Assembly: GCF_036365525.1 (NCBI RefSeq)
Contig: NC_090416.1
Span: 14,976,945 to 15,040,944, forward strand
Origin: Heterodontus francisci
Taxonomy: Eukaryota
Length of the DNA: 64,000 bases
Reading direction: 5' to 3'
Both the position numbers and the translations under genes were made by a program. Below the pieces are notes generated by a model. The model saw only the letters and a list, made by a program, of their open reading frames with translations. It ran no database searches and was not told the DNA's origin. This document shows positions 12,990-24,384 of the stretch, piece by piece; positions within the stretch are counted from its first letter, which is position 1, and every line of letters starts with the position of its first letter.

Positions 12990-14135
12990 TTGCCCTGGAT
13001 ATCAAGGCAGCGTTTGACCATCTGTAGCATCAAGGATCCCTCTCAAAACTGAAGTCCATGGGAATCAAGGAGAAAATTCTCCATTGGTTGGAGTCATACC
13101 TAGCACAAAGGGAGATGTTTGTGGTTGTTGGAGGCCAATCATTTCAACTCCAGGACATCACTGCAGGAGTTCGTCAGGGTAGTTTTCCAGGCCCAACAAT
13201 CTTCAGCTGCTTCATCCATGACCTTCCCTCTCCATAAGGTCAGAATTGGGGATGTTCAATGATGACTGCATGATATTCGGTACCATTTGCAAGACCTCAG
13301 ATATTGAGGTAGCCCATGTCAATATGCAACAAGACCTGGACAATATTCAGGCTTGGGCTGATAAATGGCAAGTAACATAGGTACCACACAAATGCCAGGT
13401 ATTGATCACCTCCAACAAGAGAGAATCTAACTATCTCCCCTTGTCATTCAACGGCATTGCCATATCTGAACCCCCCACCATCAACAGCCTAGTGCTTTCC
13501 ATTGACCTGAAACTGAACTGGAGCACCCACATAAATATAGGGGCGACAAGAGCAGGTCAGAAGCTGGAAGTTCTGTGGCGAGTAACTCACCTCCTGACTC
13601 CTCAAAACCTGTCTACCATCGACAAAGCACAAGGAGTGTGATGGAATACTTTCCTCTTGCCTCAATGAGTGGAAGAGCGACACCATCCTGGACAAAGCAA
13701 CCCTCCTTGACCGACACCCTATTCACATTTAACATTCACTCCCTTCACCACTGACACACAGTGGTAGTAGCAGGGTGTATTATCAGCAAGATGCACTGCA
13801 GCAACTCACCAAGGCTCCTTCAATGGCACCTTCCAAACTCGCGACGTCTACCACCCAGAATGACAAGGGCAGCAGGCGCATGGGAACACCAGCATCTGCA
13901 AACTCCCCTCCAAGTTACACACCATCCTGACTTGAAAATATATCGGCAAGTCCTTCACTGTGACTCGATCAAGTTCCTCACACTCCCTTCCTAACAGCAC
14001 TGTGGGTGTACCCACAACAGATGGACTGTAGCTGTTTAATAAGGCAACTCACCTCCACTTTCCAAAGGCAGCTAGGGATGGGCAAGAAATGCTGGCCTTA
14101 CCAGCAACTCAAACGTCCCATGAAAGAATAAAAAA
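12990..14135 (+). mobile_element. Decayed 5'-truncated non-LTR retrotransposon (RT region plus 3' end)
   Basis: ALDIKAAFD, GV.QGS..GP..F and DD motifs with stops, ending in an A-rich tail. Duplicated copy at about 51300-52450 (minus). Confidence 0.75.
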
Positions 14136-17100
14136 AATCTAAACCTCATTGATTGCTTCGGAATGTGCAGCGTCAGTAACAAGAAGCAGCTCCACCCAGT
14201 GTCAATCGGTCGGAACTGCAAGGACAAGAACTTGACACTTCTCCAGCCCTCCCCAAGACACGTTGTGGGAAACTGGAGATTGCTGGGTCTTATTGAGGCG
14301 GAAAAAGACCCTTGTAGACGTTGTATTAGCAGCGATCATATAAGGCTATTAATACCAAGAGACCACCGAACAGTGATCCACGAGACATCAAGGGATTAAA
14401 TTGTTCTCTCATCTTTCAGTAATGCACCGTAACAAGATTCATACAGAAAAAACCCCAAAAGGTTAACGTGACAGGGGAAATGGGGATTTAAGTTTTTTTC
14501 AAGCTTTGTTATCATGTTGTGTTCTTTAGACTCGTGATTGACAGCACCAACAGTGTGACATCGATGGAATGAAGGCATCTTGTTCGGAAAAAAAGAATCA
14601 CGTGTATTTATACATCACCATGATAACCTCAGGACCTCCCAAAGCGCTTAACAGCCAAAGAAGTACTTTGCAAAATGTAGTCACTTTGGTAAATTAGTCA
14701 ATGCGGATGCCAATTTGTGCACAGCAAGATCCTATTTTCTTTTTTATTCGTTCATGGGATGTGAGCCTCGCTGGCAAGATCACCATTTATTGCCCATTCC
14801 TAATTGCCCTTGAAAAAGTGATGGTGAGCTGCCTTCCTGAATCAGTCCATGAGTTGCTTCTGCACCCACAGTGCTGTTGGGGAGGAAGTTCTAGGATTTT
14901 GTTCCAGGTTAATGATCCTGATAACCTGTTTTAATGCTGTTGTTTGAAGGACAAATATTGAACCCTCTGCTCTTCTTCTAATAATGGCCATGGGATCTTT
15001 GATGTTCACCTGAGAGATCTGACAGGTCTAATGTCAGAGAGAAAGAGACAGATAGCTGGAAAGTCAGATAGTGATGCAAAAGAAGAGATAGGTAAAGATA
15101 CTGAAAAATGATAGATGAAGTACAATAAATACGTAGCGGTTCAGCCAGGGCAAGAAAGATGACATTTTAGATATAAACTTATTAGACTTATCTATGTCTA
15201 TCTATGGGTGAACAGATATTTGAGGGTTGGAGAATTCAAAGCCAATGAAAGTTTAACACTGTCAAAAACAAGACAAGGCTCCAAGGACTGTGCAAGAAGC
15301 AGACACGAGAACTAGAATTAACTGGGTTTTAGAAAATTAAGCGATGAACATTAATGAGAGATAATGAATTGTTTTACTGTAGGCATTTCTGTATCAGATA
15401 TAAATGTGGGAATGCCCGAGGTGCTGTGAAATCCTTATTCCATAAAATGCTATGTGCAAAGAGATTCTTAGCAGAGCATCATGACTTGTGCAGTCATTTC
15501 TCAATACCCCGATGTGCGTTCTCTTTGTAATTTTATAGGCCGTGTTTACAAATGCATTGTCGATGATGTACTAATAAGGTGATAATGATCCCAGTCTCAT
15601 TGCCTGAGCCTTATTTGGAATTACACTTTACAACAAGTCTCACCTTGGCAGCTTCCTTCAAATATTCTCCCTCCTCTTACACCTGCTCTCACATTCTGCA
15701 GCCACGGTGGACAGAAGTAAACTTGGTTGCCACTTGCTGCATGACATGGAGATCTGCCCTGTTGTGGTGAGAGCACTCCGGAGTACTGAACAGGGGCAGC
15801 TGTGGCTGCGATCCAGTCCACAGTCTTTAGAGACTCCCGGTGCAGTATAGAGGGGTGGTCTATTTGAAGTGCTCAAGCTGCTTAAATGAATTGACAGGGT
15901 AGACAGAGAGAAACTAGTTCCTCCGGTAGACCAAGCCACATAACAGTAAAATTAGAGCCAGTCCATTCGGCGTGATGTCTGCAAGCACGTCTTCATACAG
16001 AGGGGTGTGGAAAACCCTAACCCTCTACTTCACAAATCTGTTGAGGCTGGGGGACATTTGAAATGTCAAAACTGAGATGGATAGATTTTTGTTGGGCATT
16101 AAGGGTTATGGAGCCAAGGCGGGTCAATAGGATTAAGGCGCAGATCAGGTATGACCTAATTGAAAATTGGAACAGGGTCGAGGGACTGAATGGTCTCCTC
16201 CTGTTCCTGTGAAATGGTTAATGTCCTGGAACCCTTCAATGAACTGCATGTCTGCCCTGTATCGATGGTATTAGATTTTAACTGATCAATAACCCACTTT
16301 TGCATTCGTGGGTTTAACTGACGGGGTCACTGCTCTCAGACTCTTTAAGAAATCATCCGATTAGCAGATCACCCTGGAACCACTCACTTCAGGGAATCGA
16401 GTCCAGAGAAAATTGACCTTTTAGGCATGTACTATCTCACGTTCAGCACAAGAGGGCACCAAATAGCAGCATTATGTATAGAAATTCACATTTCCGGTGT
16501 AGGCTACCTGTTCCTCTGTTGACAACTCCCAACACAAAACCCTGATAACAATGGAAAACCAATGGCAATCCAAGTACTTTTTAAATGTGATGTGAGTTTC
16601 TGCCTCTACCCCCCTTTTAGGCAGTGAGTTCTAGGTCCCCACAACCCACTGGGTGAAAAAATGTTTCCTCATGTCCCTTCTAATACTTCTATCAATTACT
16701 TTAAGTCTATGTACTCTGATTTTTGACACCTCTTCTAAGGTAAACAGGTCGTTCTTATTTACTCTGTCTAGGCTCATAATTTTATACACCTCGCGTAAGT
16801 CAGCCCTCAGCCTCCTCTATTCGAAGGAAAATAACCCCAGCCTCTCCAATACTCCCTCGTGGCTAAAATTCTCCAGTCCCGGTAACATTCTTGTAAATAT
16901 CCTCTGCACCCTTTCCAGTGCGATCACGTCTTTCCTGTAATGTGATGAACTGAACAGTGCGCAGTACTCAAGCTTTAGTCTAGATATGGCAGTGAGGAAT
17001 TCTGTCAGTTAATTTTATTTATCTAGATTCACTTGTGTGAACAGTTGAGTACCTGAATGGTTCTGGAAATTAAAGAATGGGTATTATATATAGCACTAAG

Positions 17101-17639
17101 TTTAACTTAGTTTAATCCAATCTCGAACTTTCGGATCCCTGTTTAGTGATTTATTTTTTATTTGTTCATGGGATACCGGCGTCGCTGGCTAGGCCAGCAT
17201 TTATTAGCCATCCCTAACTATCCATGAGAAGGTGGTGGTGAGCTGCCTTCTTGAATCGTTGACGTCTTTGGGATGGAGGTATACCCACAGTCCTGTTAGG
17301 AAGAGAGTTCCAGGATTTTGACCCAGCGACAGTGAAGAAACAGCGATATAGTTCCAAGACAGGATGGTGTGTGGATTAGAGGGGCGCTTGCAGGTAGCGG
17401 TGTTCCCATGCGTCTGCTGCCCTTCGAAGTAGTGGAGGTCGTGTGTTTGGAAGGTGCTGTCTAAGATGCCTTGGTGCGTTGCTGCAGTGCATTTTGTAGA
17501 TGGTACGCATTGCTGCCACTGTGCGCGGTGGTGGAAGGAGTGAATGTTTGTAGATGGCGTGCCAATCAAGCAGGCTGCTTTGTCCTGGATGGTGTCGAGT
17601 TTCTGGAGTGTTGTTGGAGCTGCACCAATCCAGGCAAAG

Positions 17640-20600
17640 AACAAAGAAAATTACAGCACAGGAACAGGCCCTTCGACCCTCCAAGCCTACGCCGATCCAA
17701 ATCCTCTATCTAAACCTGTCGCCTATTTTCGAAGGGTCTGTATCTCTTTACTTCCTCCCCATTCATGTATCTGTATAGATACATCTTAAAAGACGCTATC
17801 GTGCCCGCGTCTACCACCTCCGCTGGCAATGCGTTCCATGCACCCACCACCCTCTCCGTAAAGAACTTTCCATGCATATCCCCCCTAAACTTTTCCCCTT
17901 TCACTTTGAACTCATGTCCCCTTGTAATTGAATCCCCCACTCTGGGGAAAAAGCTTCTTGCTATCCACCCTGTCTATACCTCTCATGATTTTGTACACCT
18001 CAATCAGGTCCCCCCTCAACCTCCGTCTTTCTAATGAAAATAATCCTAATCTACTCAACCTCTCTTCATAGCTAGCGCCCTCCATACCAGGCAACATCCT
18101 GGTGAACCTCCTCTGCACCCTCTCCAAAGCATCCACATCCTTTTGGTAATGTGGCGACCAGAACTGCACGCAGTATTCCAAATGTGGCCGAACCAAAGTC
18201 CTATACAACTGTAACATGACCTGCCAACTCTTGTACTCAATACCCCGTCCGATGAAGGAAAGCATGCCGTATGCCTTCTTGACCACTCTATTGACCTGCG
18301 TTGCCACCTTCAGGGAACAATGGACCTGAACACCCAAATCTCTCTGTACATCAATTTTCCCCAGGACTTTTCCATTTACTGTGTCGTTCACTCTTGAATT
18401 GGATCTTCCAAAATGCATCACCTCGCATTTGCCCTGATTGAACTCCATCTGCCATTTCTCTGCCCAACTCTCCAGTCTATCTATATTCTGCTGTATTCTC
18501 TGACATTCCCCTTCACTATCTGCTACTCCACCAATCTTAGTGTCGTCTGCAACCTTGCTAATCAGACCACCTATACTTTCCTCCAAATCATTTATGTATA
18601 TCACAAACAACAGTGGTCCCAGCACGGATCCCTGTGGAACACCACTGGTCACACGTCTCCATTTTGAGAAACTCCCTTCCACTGCTACTCTCTGTCTCCT
18701 GTTGCCCAGCCAGTTCTTTATCCATCTAGCTAGTACACCTTGGACCCCATGCGCCTTCACTTTCTCCATCAACCTACCATGGGGAACCTTATCAAACGCC
18801 TTACTGAAGTCCATGTATACGACATCTACAGCCCTTCCCTCATCAATCAACTTTGTGACATCCTCAAAGAATTTTATTAAGTTGGTAAGACATGACCTTC
18901 CCTGCACAAAACCATGTTGCCTATCACTGATAAGCCCATTTTCTTCCAGATGGGAGTAGATCCTATCCCTCAGTACCTTCTCCAGCAGCTTCCCTACCAC
19001 TGACGTCAGGCTCACCGGTCTATAATTACCTGGATTATCCCTGCTACCCTTCTTAAACAAGGGGACAACATTAGCAATTCTCCAGTCCTCCGGGACCTCA
19101 CCCGTGTTTAAGGATGTTGCAAAGATATCTGTTAAGGCCCCAACTATTTCCTCTCTCGCTTCCCACAGTAACCTGGTATAGATCCCATCCGGACCTGGGG
19201 ACTTGTCCACCTTAATGCCTTTTAGAATACCCAACACTTCCTCCCTCCTTATGCCGAATTGACCTAGAGTAATCAAACATCTGTCCCTAACCTCAACATC
19301 CGTCATGTCCCTCTCCTCGGTGAATACCGATGCAAAGTACTCGTTTAGAATCTCACCTATTTTCTCTGACTCCACGCATAACTTTCCTCCTTTGTCCTTG
19401 AGTGGGCCAATCCTTTCTCTAGTTATCCTCTTGCTCCTTATATATGAATAAAAGGCTTTGGGATTTTCCTTAACCCTGTTTGCTAAAGATATTTCATGAC
19501 CTCTTTTAGCCCTCTTAATTCCTCGTTTCAGATTGCGCCTACAATCCCGATATTCTTTCAACGCTTCGACTTTCTTCAGCCGCCTGGACCTTATGTATGC
19601 TTCCTTTTTCCTCTTAGCTAGTCTCTCAATTTCACCTGTCATCCATGGTTCCCTAATCTTGCCATTTCTACCCCTCATTTTCACAGGAACATGTCTCTCC
19701 TGCACGCTAATCAACCTCTCTTTAAAAGCCTCCCACATATCAAATGTGGATTTACCTTCAAACAGCTGCTCCCAATCTACATTCCCCAGCTCCTGCCGAA
19801 TTTTGGTATAGTTGGCCTTCCCCCAATTTAGCATTCTTCCTTTAGGACCACTCTCATCTTTGTCCATGTGTATTCTAAAACTTTCGGAATTGTGATCACT
19901 ATTCCCAAAGTAGTCCCCTACTGAAACTTCAACCACCTGGCCAGGCTCATTCTCCAACACCAGGTCCAGTATGGCCCCTCCCCGAGTTGGACTATTTACA
20001 TACTGCTCTAGAAAACCCTCCTGGATGCTCCTTACAAATTCTGCTCCATCTAGACCTCTAACACTAAGTGAATCCCAGTCAATGTTGGGAAAATTAAAAT
20101 CTCCTATCACCACCACCCTGTTGCTCCTACAGCTTTCCATAATCTGTTTACATATTTGTAACACTATCTCATGCTCGCTGTTGGGAGGCCTGTCGTACAG
20201 CCCCAACATTGTTACCGCACCCTTCCCATTTCTGAGTTCTGCCCATATTGCCTCACAGCTCGAGTCCTCCATCGTGCCTTCCTTCAGCACAGCTATGATA
20301 TCCTCTTTGACCAGTAATGCAACTCCTCCACCCCTTTTACCTCCCTCTCTATCACACCTGAAGCATCGGTATCCTGGGATATTTAGTTGCCAATCATGCC
20401 CTTCCCTTAACCAAGTCTCAGTAATAGCAATAACATCATACTCTCAGGTACTAATCCAAGCCCTAAGTTCATCTGCCTTTCCTATTACACTTCTTGCATT
20501 AAAACAAATACACCTCAGACCACCAGTCCCTTTGCTTTCATCATCTGCTCCCTGCCTATTCTTTCCCTTAGTCATGCTGACTTCATTATCTTGTTCCTTA

Positions 20601-21140
20601 CAGGCTTTAGTTACTACATCCTTACTCTCCACTGACCTCATTTGGTTCCCATCCCCCTGCCACATTAGTTTAAACCCTCCCCAACAGCGTTAGCAAAAGC
20701 ACCCCCAAGGACATTGGTTCCAGTCCGGCCCAGGTGTAGACCGTCCAATTTGTAATAGTCCCACCTCCCCCAGAACCGGTCCCAATGTCCCAAAAATCTG
20801 AACCCCTCCCTCCTGCCCCATCTCTCAAGCCACGCATTCATCCTGACTATTCTTTCATTTCTACTCTGACTATCACGTGGCACTGGTAGCAATCCTGAGA
20901 TTACTACCTCTGAGGTCCTACTTTTTAACTTGGCTCCTAACTCCCTAAATTCTGCTTGTAGGACGTCATCCCGTTTTTTTACCTATATCATTGGTGCCTA
21001 TGTGCACAACGACAACTGGCTGTTCACCCACCCCCAGAATGTTCTGCAGCCGATCTGAGACATCCCTGACCCGTGCACCTGGAAGGCAACATACCATTCG
21101 GGAGTCTCGTTTTCGACCACAGAACCGCCTATCTACTCCC
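17640..21140 (-). mobile_element. Young CR1-clade LINE (3' part of esterase ORF1 plus nearly intact APE-RT ORF2), nested inside an older LINE
   Basis: ORF1 SGNH motifs (VVVHIGTNDI, DGLHL). ORF2 20665-17710 with GDFN, YRPVSLTS, YMDFSKAFDKV, GVPQGSVLGP, ADD, one nonsense at 20444 and one frameshift near 17945. Short-repeat 3' tail near 17640. Host LINE continues on both sides (about 17150-17637 and 21141-21490). Confidence 0.93.
17912..20290 (-). CDS. CR1 ORF2 endonuclease/reverse transcriptase, longest open segment (792 aa)
   Basis: ORF track. RT and APE motifs as above. Confidence 0.85.
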   Translation of the reverse strand: MLKEGTMEDSSCEAIWAELRNGKGAVTMLGLYDRPPNSEHEIVLQICKQIMESCRSNRVVVIGDFNFPNIDWDSLSVRGLDGAEFVRSIQEGFLEQYVNSPTRGGAILDLVLENEPGQVVEVSVGDYFGNSDHNSESFRIHMDKDESGPKGRMLNWGKANYTKIRQELGNVDWEQLFEGKSTFDMWEAFKERLISVQERHVPVKMRGRNGKIREPWMTGEIERLAKRKKEAYIRSRRLKKVEALKEYRDCRRNLKRGIKRAKRGHEISLANRVKENPKAFYSYIRSKRITRERIGPLKDKGGKLCVESEKIGEILNEYFASVFTEERDMTDVEVRDRCLITLGQFGIRREEVLGILKGIKVDKSPGPDGIYTRLLWEAREEIVGALTDIFATSLNTGEVPEDWRIANVVPLFKKGSRDNPGNYRPVSLTSVVGKLLEKVLRDRIYSHLEENGLISDRQHGFVQGRSCLTNLIKFFEDVTKLIDEGRAVDVVYMDFSKAFDKVPHGRLMEKVKAHGVQGVLARWIKNWLGNRRQRVAVEGSFSKWRRVTSGVPQGSVLGPLLFVIYINDLEESIGGLISKVADDTKIGGVADSEGECQRIQQNIDRLESWAEKWQMEFNQGKCEVMHFGRSNSRVNDTVNGKVLGKIDVQRDLGVQVHCSLKVATQVNRVVKKAYGMLSFIGRGIEYKSWQVMLQLYRTLVRPHLEYCVQFWSPHYQKDVDALERVQRRFTRMLPGMEGASYEERLSRLGLFSLERRRLRGDLIEVYKIMRGIDRVDSKKLFPQSGGFNYKGT

Positions 21141-22188
21141 AGAGAGTATCATGGAGAGTATTCCATGATACGGTCTGAGTTTTGTCTTGTAGATGGTGGA
21201 CAGGCTTTGGGGAGACAGGAGGTGAGTTACTCGCCACAGGATTCTTTGCTCCTGACCTGCTCTTGAAGCCACGGTCTTCATATGCTACTCCAGTTCAGTT
21301 TCTGCTCAATGGTAGCCCCTATAATGCTGATAGTAAGCGATTCAGCGATCGTAATGCCCTTGAATGCCGAGGGGAGATGATTAGATTCTCTCTTGTTGGA
21401 GATGGTCAGTGCATGGCACTTGTGTGGCGCGAATGTTACTTGCCAGTTATCAGCCCAAGCCGGGATATTGCCCAGGTGTTGCTGCAGTTCATTCGATTGT
21501 CGAGTGGTTGTGAACTAGACTTGGGTGTACAGCGAAATTTTGAAGTATTGTGAACTATGAGGAGGAGAGTGATAAACATCTGGAGGACATAGACAGTCTG
21601 GTGGAATGGGCGAAAAAGTGGAAGACGAAATTTAATGCCGAGAAATGTGAAGTGATTAATTTTGGTTGGAAGAACGAGGAGAGACAGTATAACTTTAAAG
21701 GGTACAATTCTAAAGGAGGTGCAGGAGCAGAGGCACCTGGGGATCTATTTGCACAAACCACTGAAGGTTGCAGGGCAGGTTGAGAAAGCGGTTAACTAAG
21801 TATATGAGATCCTGCACTTAAACATCGGGTCAAAGAGTATAAAAACATGGAAGTTATGACTAGCCTGTATAAAACATCGGTTCGGACTCAGCTGGAGTAT
21901 AGTGTCCATTTCTGGGCACCACGCTTTAGGAAAGATGTTAAGGCATTGAAGAGAGTGCAGAAAAGCTTCAGAAGAATAGTTCCTGGGACGAGGAACTTCA
22001 GTTACGTGGATAGGTTGGAGATGCTGGGGCTCTGCAACAACAACTCACCTAGTCCCACTCCATCTCCCCGTCTTGGCTCTGTAACCCTTAATCACTTTGC
22101 AAAACAAAAATCTATCAATACTAGTTTTGAATTTTCTAATTGACCCCCGGCAGCCTCGACAGCTCTTTGGGGGAGCGCATTTCAGATT

Positions 22189-22357
22189 NNNNNNNNNNNN
22201 NNNNNNNNNNNNNNNNNNNNNNNNNNNNNNNNNNNNNNNNNNNNNNNNNNNNNNNNNNNNNNNNNNNNNNNNNNNNNNNNNNNNNNNNNNNNNNNNNNNN
22301 NNNNNNNNNNNNNNNNNNNNNNNNNNNNNNNNNNNNNNNNNNNNNNNNNNNNNNNNN
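22189..22357. other. Assembly gap (N run)
   Basis: 169 Ns. Confidence 0.99.
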
Positions 22358-24067
22358 TGTATCTCAGGGCCTGGGCTATGGTGTGTATGTGTGCGTGTGT
22401 GTGTGTATATTTCCACTCCCCTTTTTGTGAAGAAGTGCTTCCTGACATCAACCCTGATCGGCCTGGCCTTAATTTGAAGGTTCTGCCTTAACGCAGTGCA
22501 GTGTGAATGCTCAGTCATTGTGCATATTCATTTAATCACCTTAAAGATCTCAAGTAAATGACCCCTCAATCTTCTAAACCCGAGGAACACCTGTCTGGTC
22601 TCTACAGCCATTCCTTACAATTTAACCCTTTTATCCCCGGTATCACTGTGGTCAATCTGCGCTGTTTGAGAAATCGTAAAATATGTCGACACTCAGTGAA
22701 AAGCAGGTCACTGCTCCATCATTTAACGTTAACACTGACTGCATTTTAAGACAAGCAAACGCGGTATTATATTCAAACAGCAACAAATTACCTGCAAATA
22801 TTGGAAATGTAAATGTAAAGTGGAAATGCTGGAAACTACAGCCGGTTGCTCAGTGTTTATACTGGGTACAGAAAGCTGAGTGCGGGTTCGAGGCTGTAAA
22901 CTGTATCTGAAGCGGTCAGTTACTAACCTTCACACATGCTGACTGAGGCGGTCTGTATTTGCAGCATTTCCTGTTCTTATTTTACCAGAAAGAAAAATTG
23001 TCTTGTTAATAATACAATTTTTAAAGGGGATGCAGGAACAGAGCGACCCAGGGCTTTGTGTGCGCTAATCTTTGTCGGTGGCAGCACACGTTGAACAATC
23101 TGTTTGTAAAGCAGATGGGCTCCTAGTCTTCATTAATAGAGGCAGATTGTACAAAACAGAGGGTGTAATAAACCTAAATAATTCACTGGGGAGGCCCCAG
23201 CTGGAGTGTTATGTCAAATACTGCACACTGTAGGGAAGACGTCAAGGCCTTGGAGAGGGAGCGGAGGGAGATTTACGAGAAAGGCACCAGGGATGAGGGA
23301 CTTCAGTTAATGTGGAGAGACTGGAGAATCTGGGATTGTTCTCCTTGGAGCAGAGAAGGTAAAGGGGAGATTTAATCGAGGTGTTCAAAATCATAAAGGA
23401 TTTTGATAGACTAACTGAGGAGAAACTGTTTCCACTTTCAGGAGCGTCGGTAACCAGAGGGACACAGATTTAACATAATTGGCAAAAGAACCAGAGGAGG
23501 AGAAGAGGAGAATGATTTTTTTTTAACGCAGTGAGTTGTTGTGATCTGGAATGCGCTGCCTGAAAGGGCGATGGAAGCAGATTCAATAGTAACTTTCAAA
23601 AGGGGAATTGGATAAATACGTGAAAGGGGAAAATGTGCAGGGAGATGGGGGAAAGAGCAGGGAGAGTGGGGACTAATTGGACAGCACTTTCATAGATCCA
23701 GCACCGGCTCGGTGGGTCAAATGGTCCTCTTCTGTTTCCCTCCCAGTCTGTGATTGTATGATTTATATGACAGTTTCCAGGTCCTCGGGATCCAAACTGC
23801 TTTACAGGCAATGAAGTATTTTTGAAGTGCAGTCACTATTGTAATATAGGAAAAGGAATTGGCAGATTAGCTCAGGAACCAGAGAACTGAGAATTTATTG
23901 GAACTCCTGAATGGATCAGTAATTCATTTTAAAGTGAATGTGAGTCAGGAGAGTTTATACAGCGTCCAATCAGATTTCAGGTCAAAGTGTCCCACTGCTA
24001 ATGGGTTATATATAAATGAATTTTCTTTCCCCCTCCCACCCCACCCCAACGCGGCCCTCACACACAG

Positions 24068-24384
24068 GTAGTGAGGATCGGTTCTCCTGCTCCCTCCTTC
24101 CTCGGAAGAAATAGACTCCGGATGGGCTACTCTATCCGGCCTGGTGAGTCGCTTTAAGCCGGGTTTCTTGTTGGTTCTCTGAAGAGTGGATGATAAAGAG
24201 ACAGACAGAGGGGTGACCGCAGGCACCGTCCACGGACAGTGATCAAACCTACAGCCTGAGCAGTTACCTGAGAGTCCCCGCCACTGCCTGGAATAAGGGC
24301 TCCAGCTATACCTGCAGTGTGGACCACGGCTCTCTGAGCTCACCTCTCCTCAAAACCATCAGCTCCACCGCTTGTTCCGACTGA
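24068..24384 (+). pseudogene. Ig light-chain constant exon, shark type I/NS5 (sigma-cart) class, pseudogene
   Basis: SEDR..LLLPPSSEEIDSGWATLS(G)LVSRFKPGF..L*RVDDKETD..TDSDQTYSLSSYLRVPATAWNKGSSYTCSVDHGSLSSPLLKTISSTACSD*. First Cys is Gly, core Trp is TGA, and there are two frameshifts. Not visible in the ORF track. Confidence 0.9.

Larger units (their letters stand above)
9880..17150. repeat. Segmental duplication arm Y (inverted copy at about 47490-56570)
   Basis: Colinear reverse-complement matches: 9880-10040 vs 56410-56570, 14140-14700 vs 50750-51300, 16200-16600 vs 48560-48990, 17000-17150 vs 47490-47650. Confidence 0.8.

Noticed and set aside
19971-20693. 240-aa plus-strand ORF and other antisense ORFs at 17.7-21 kb
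   Set aside because: Antisense shadows of CR1 ORF2.
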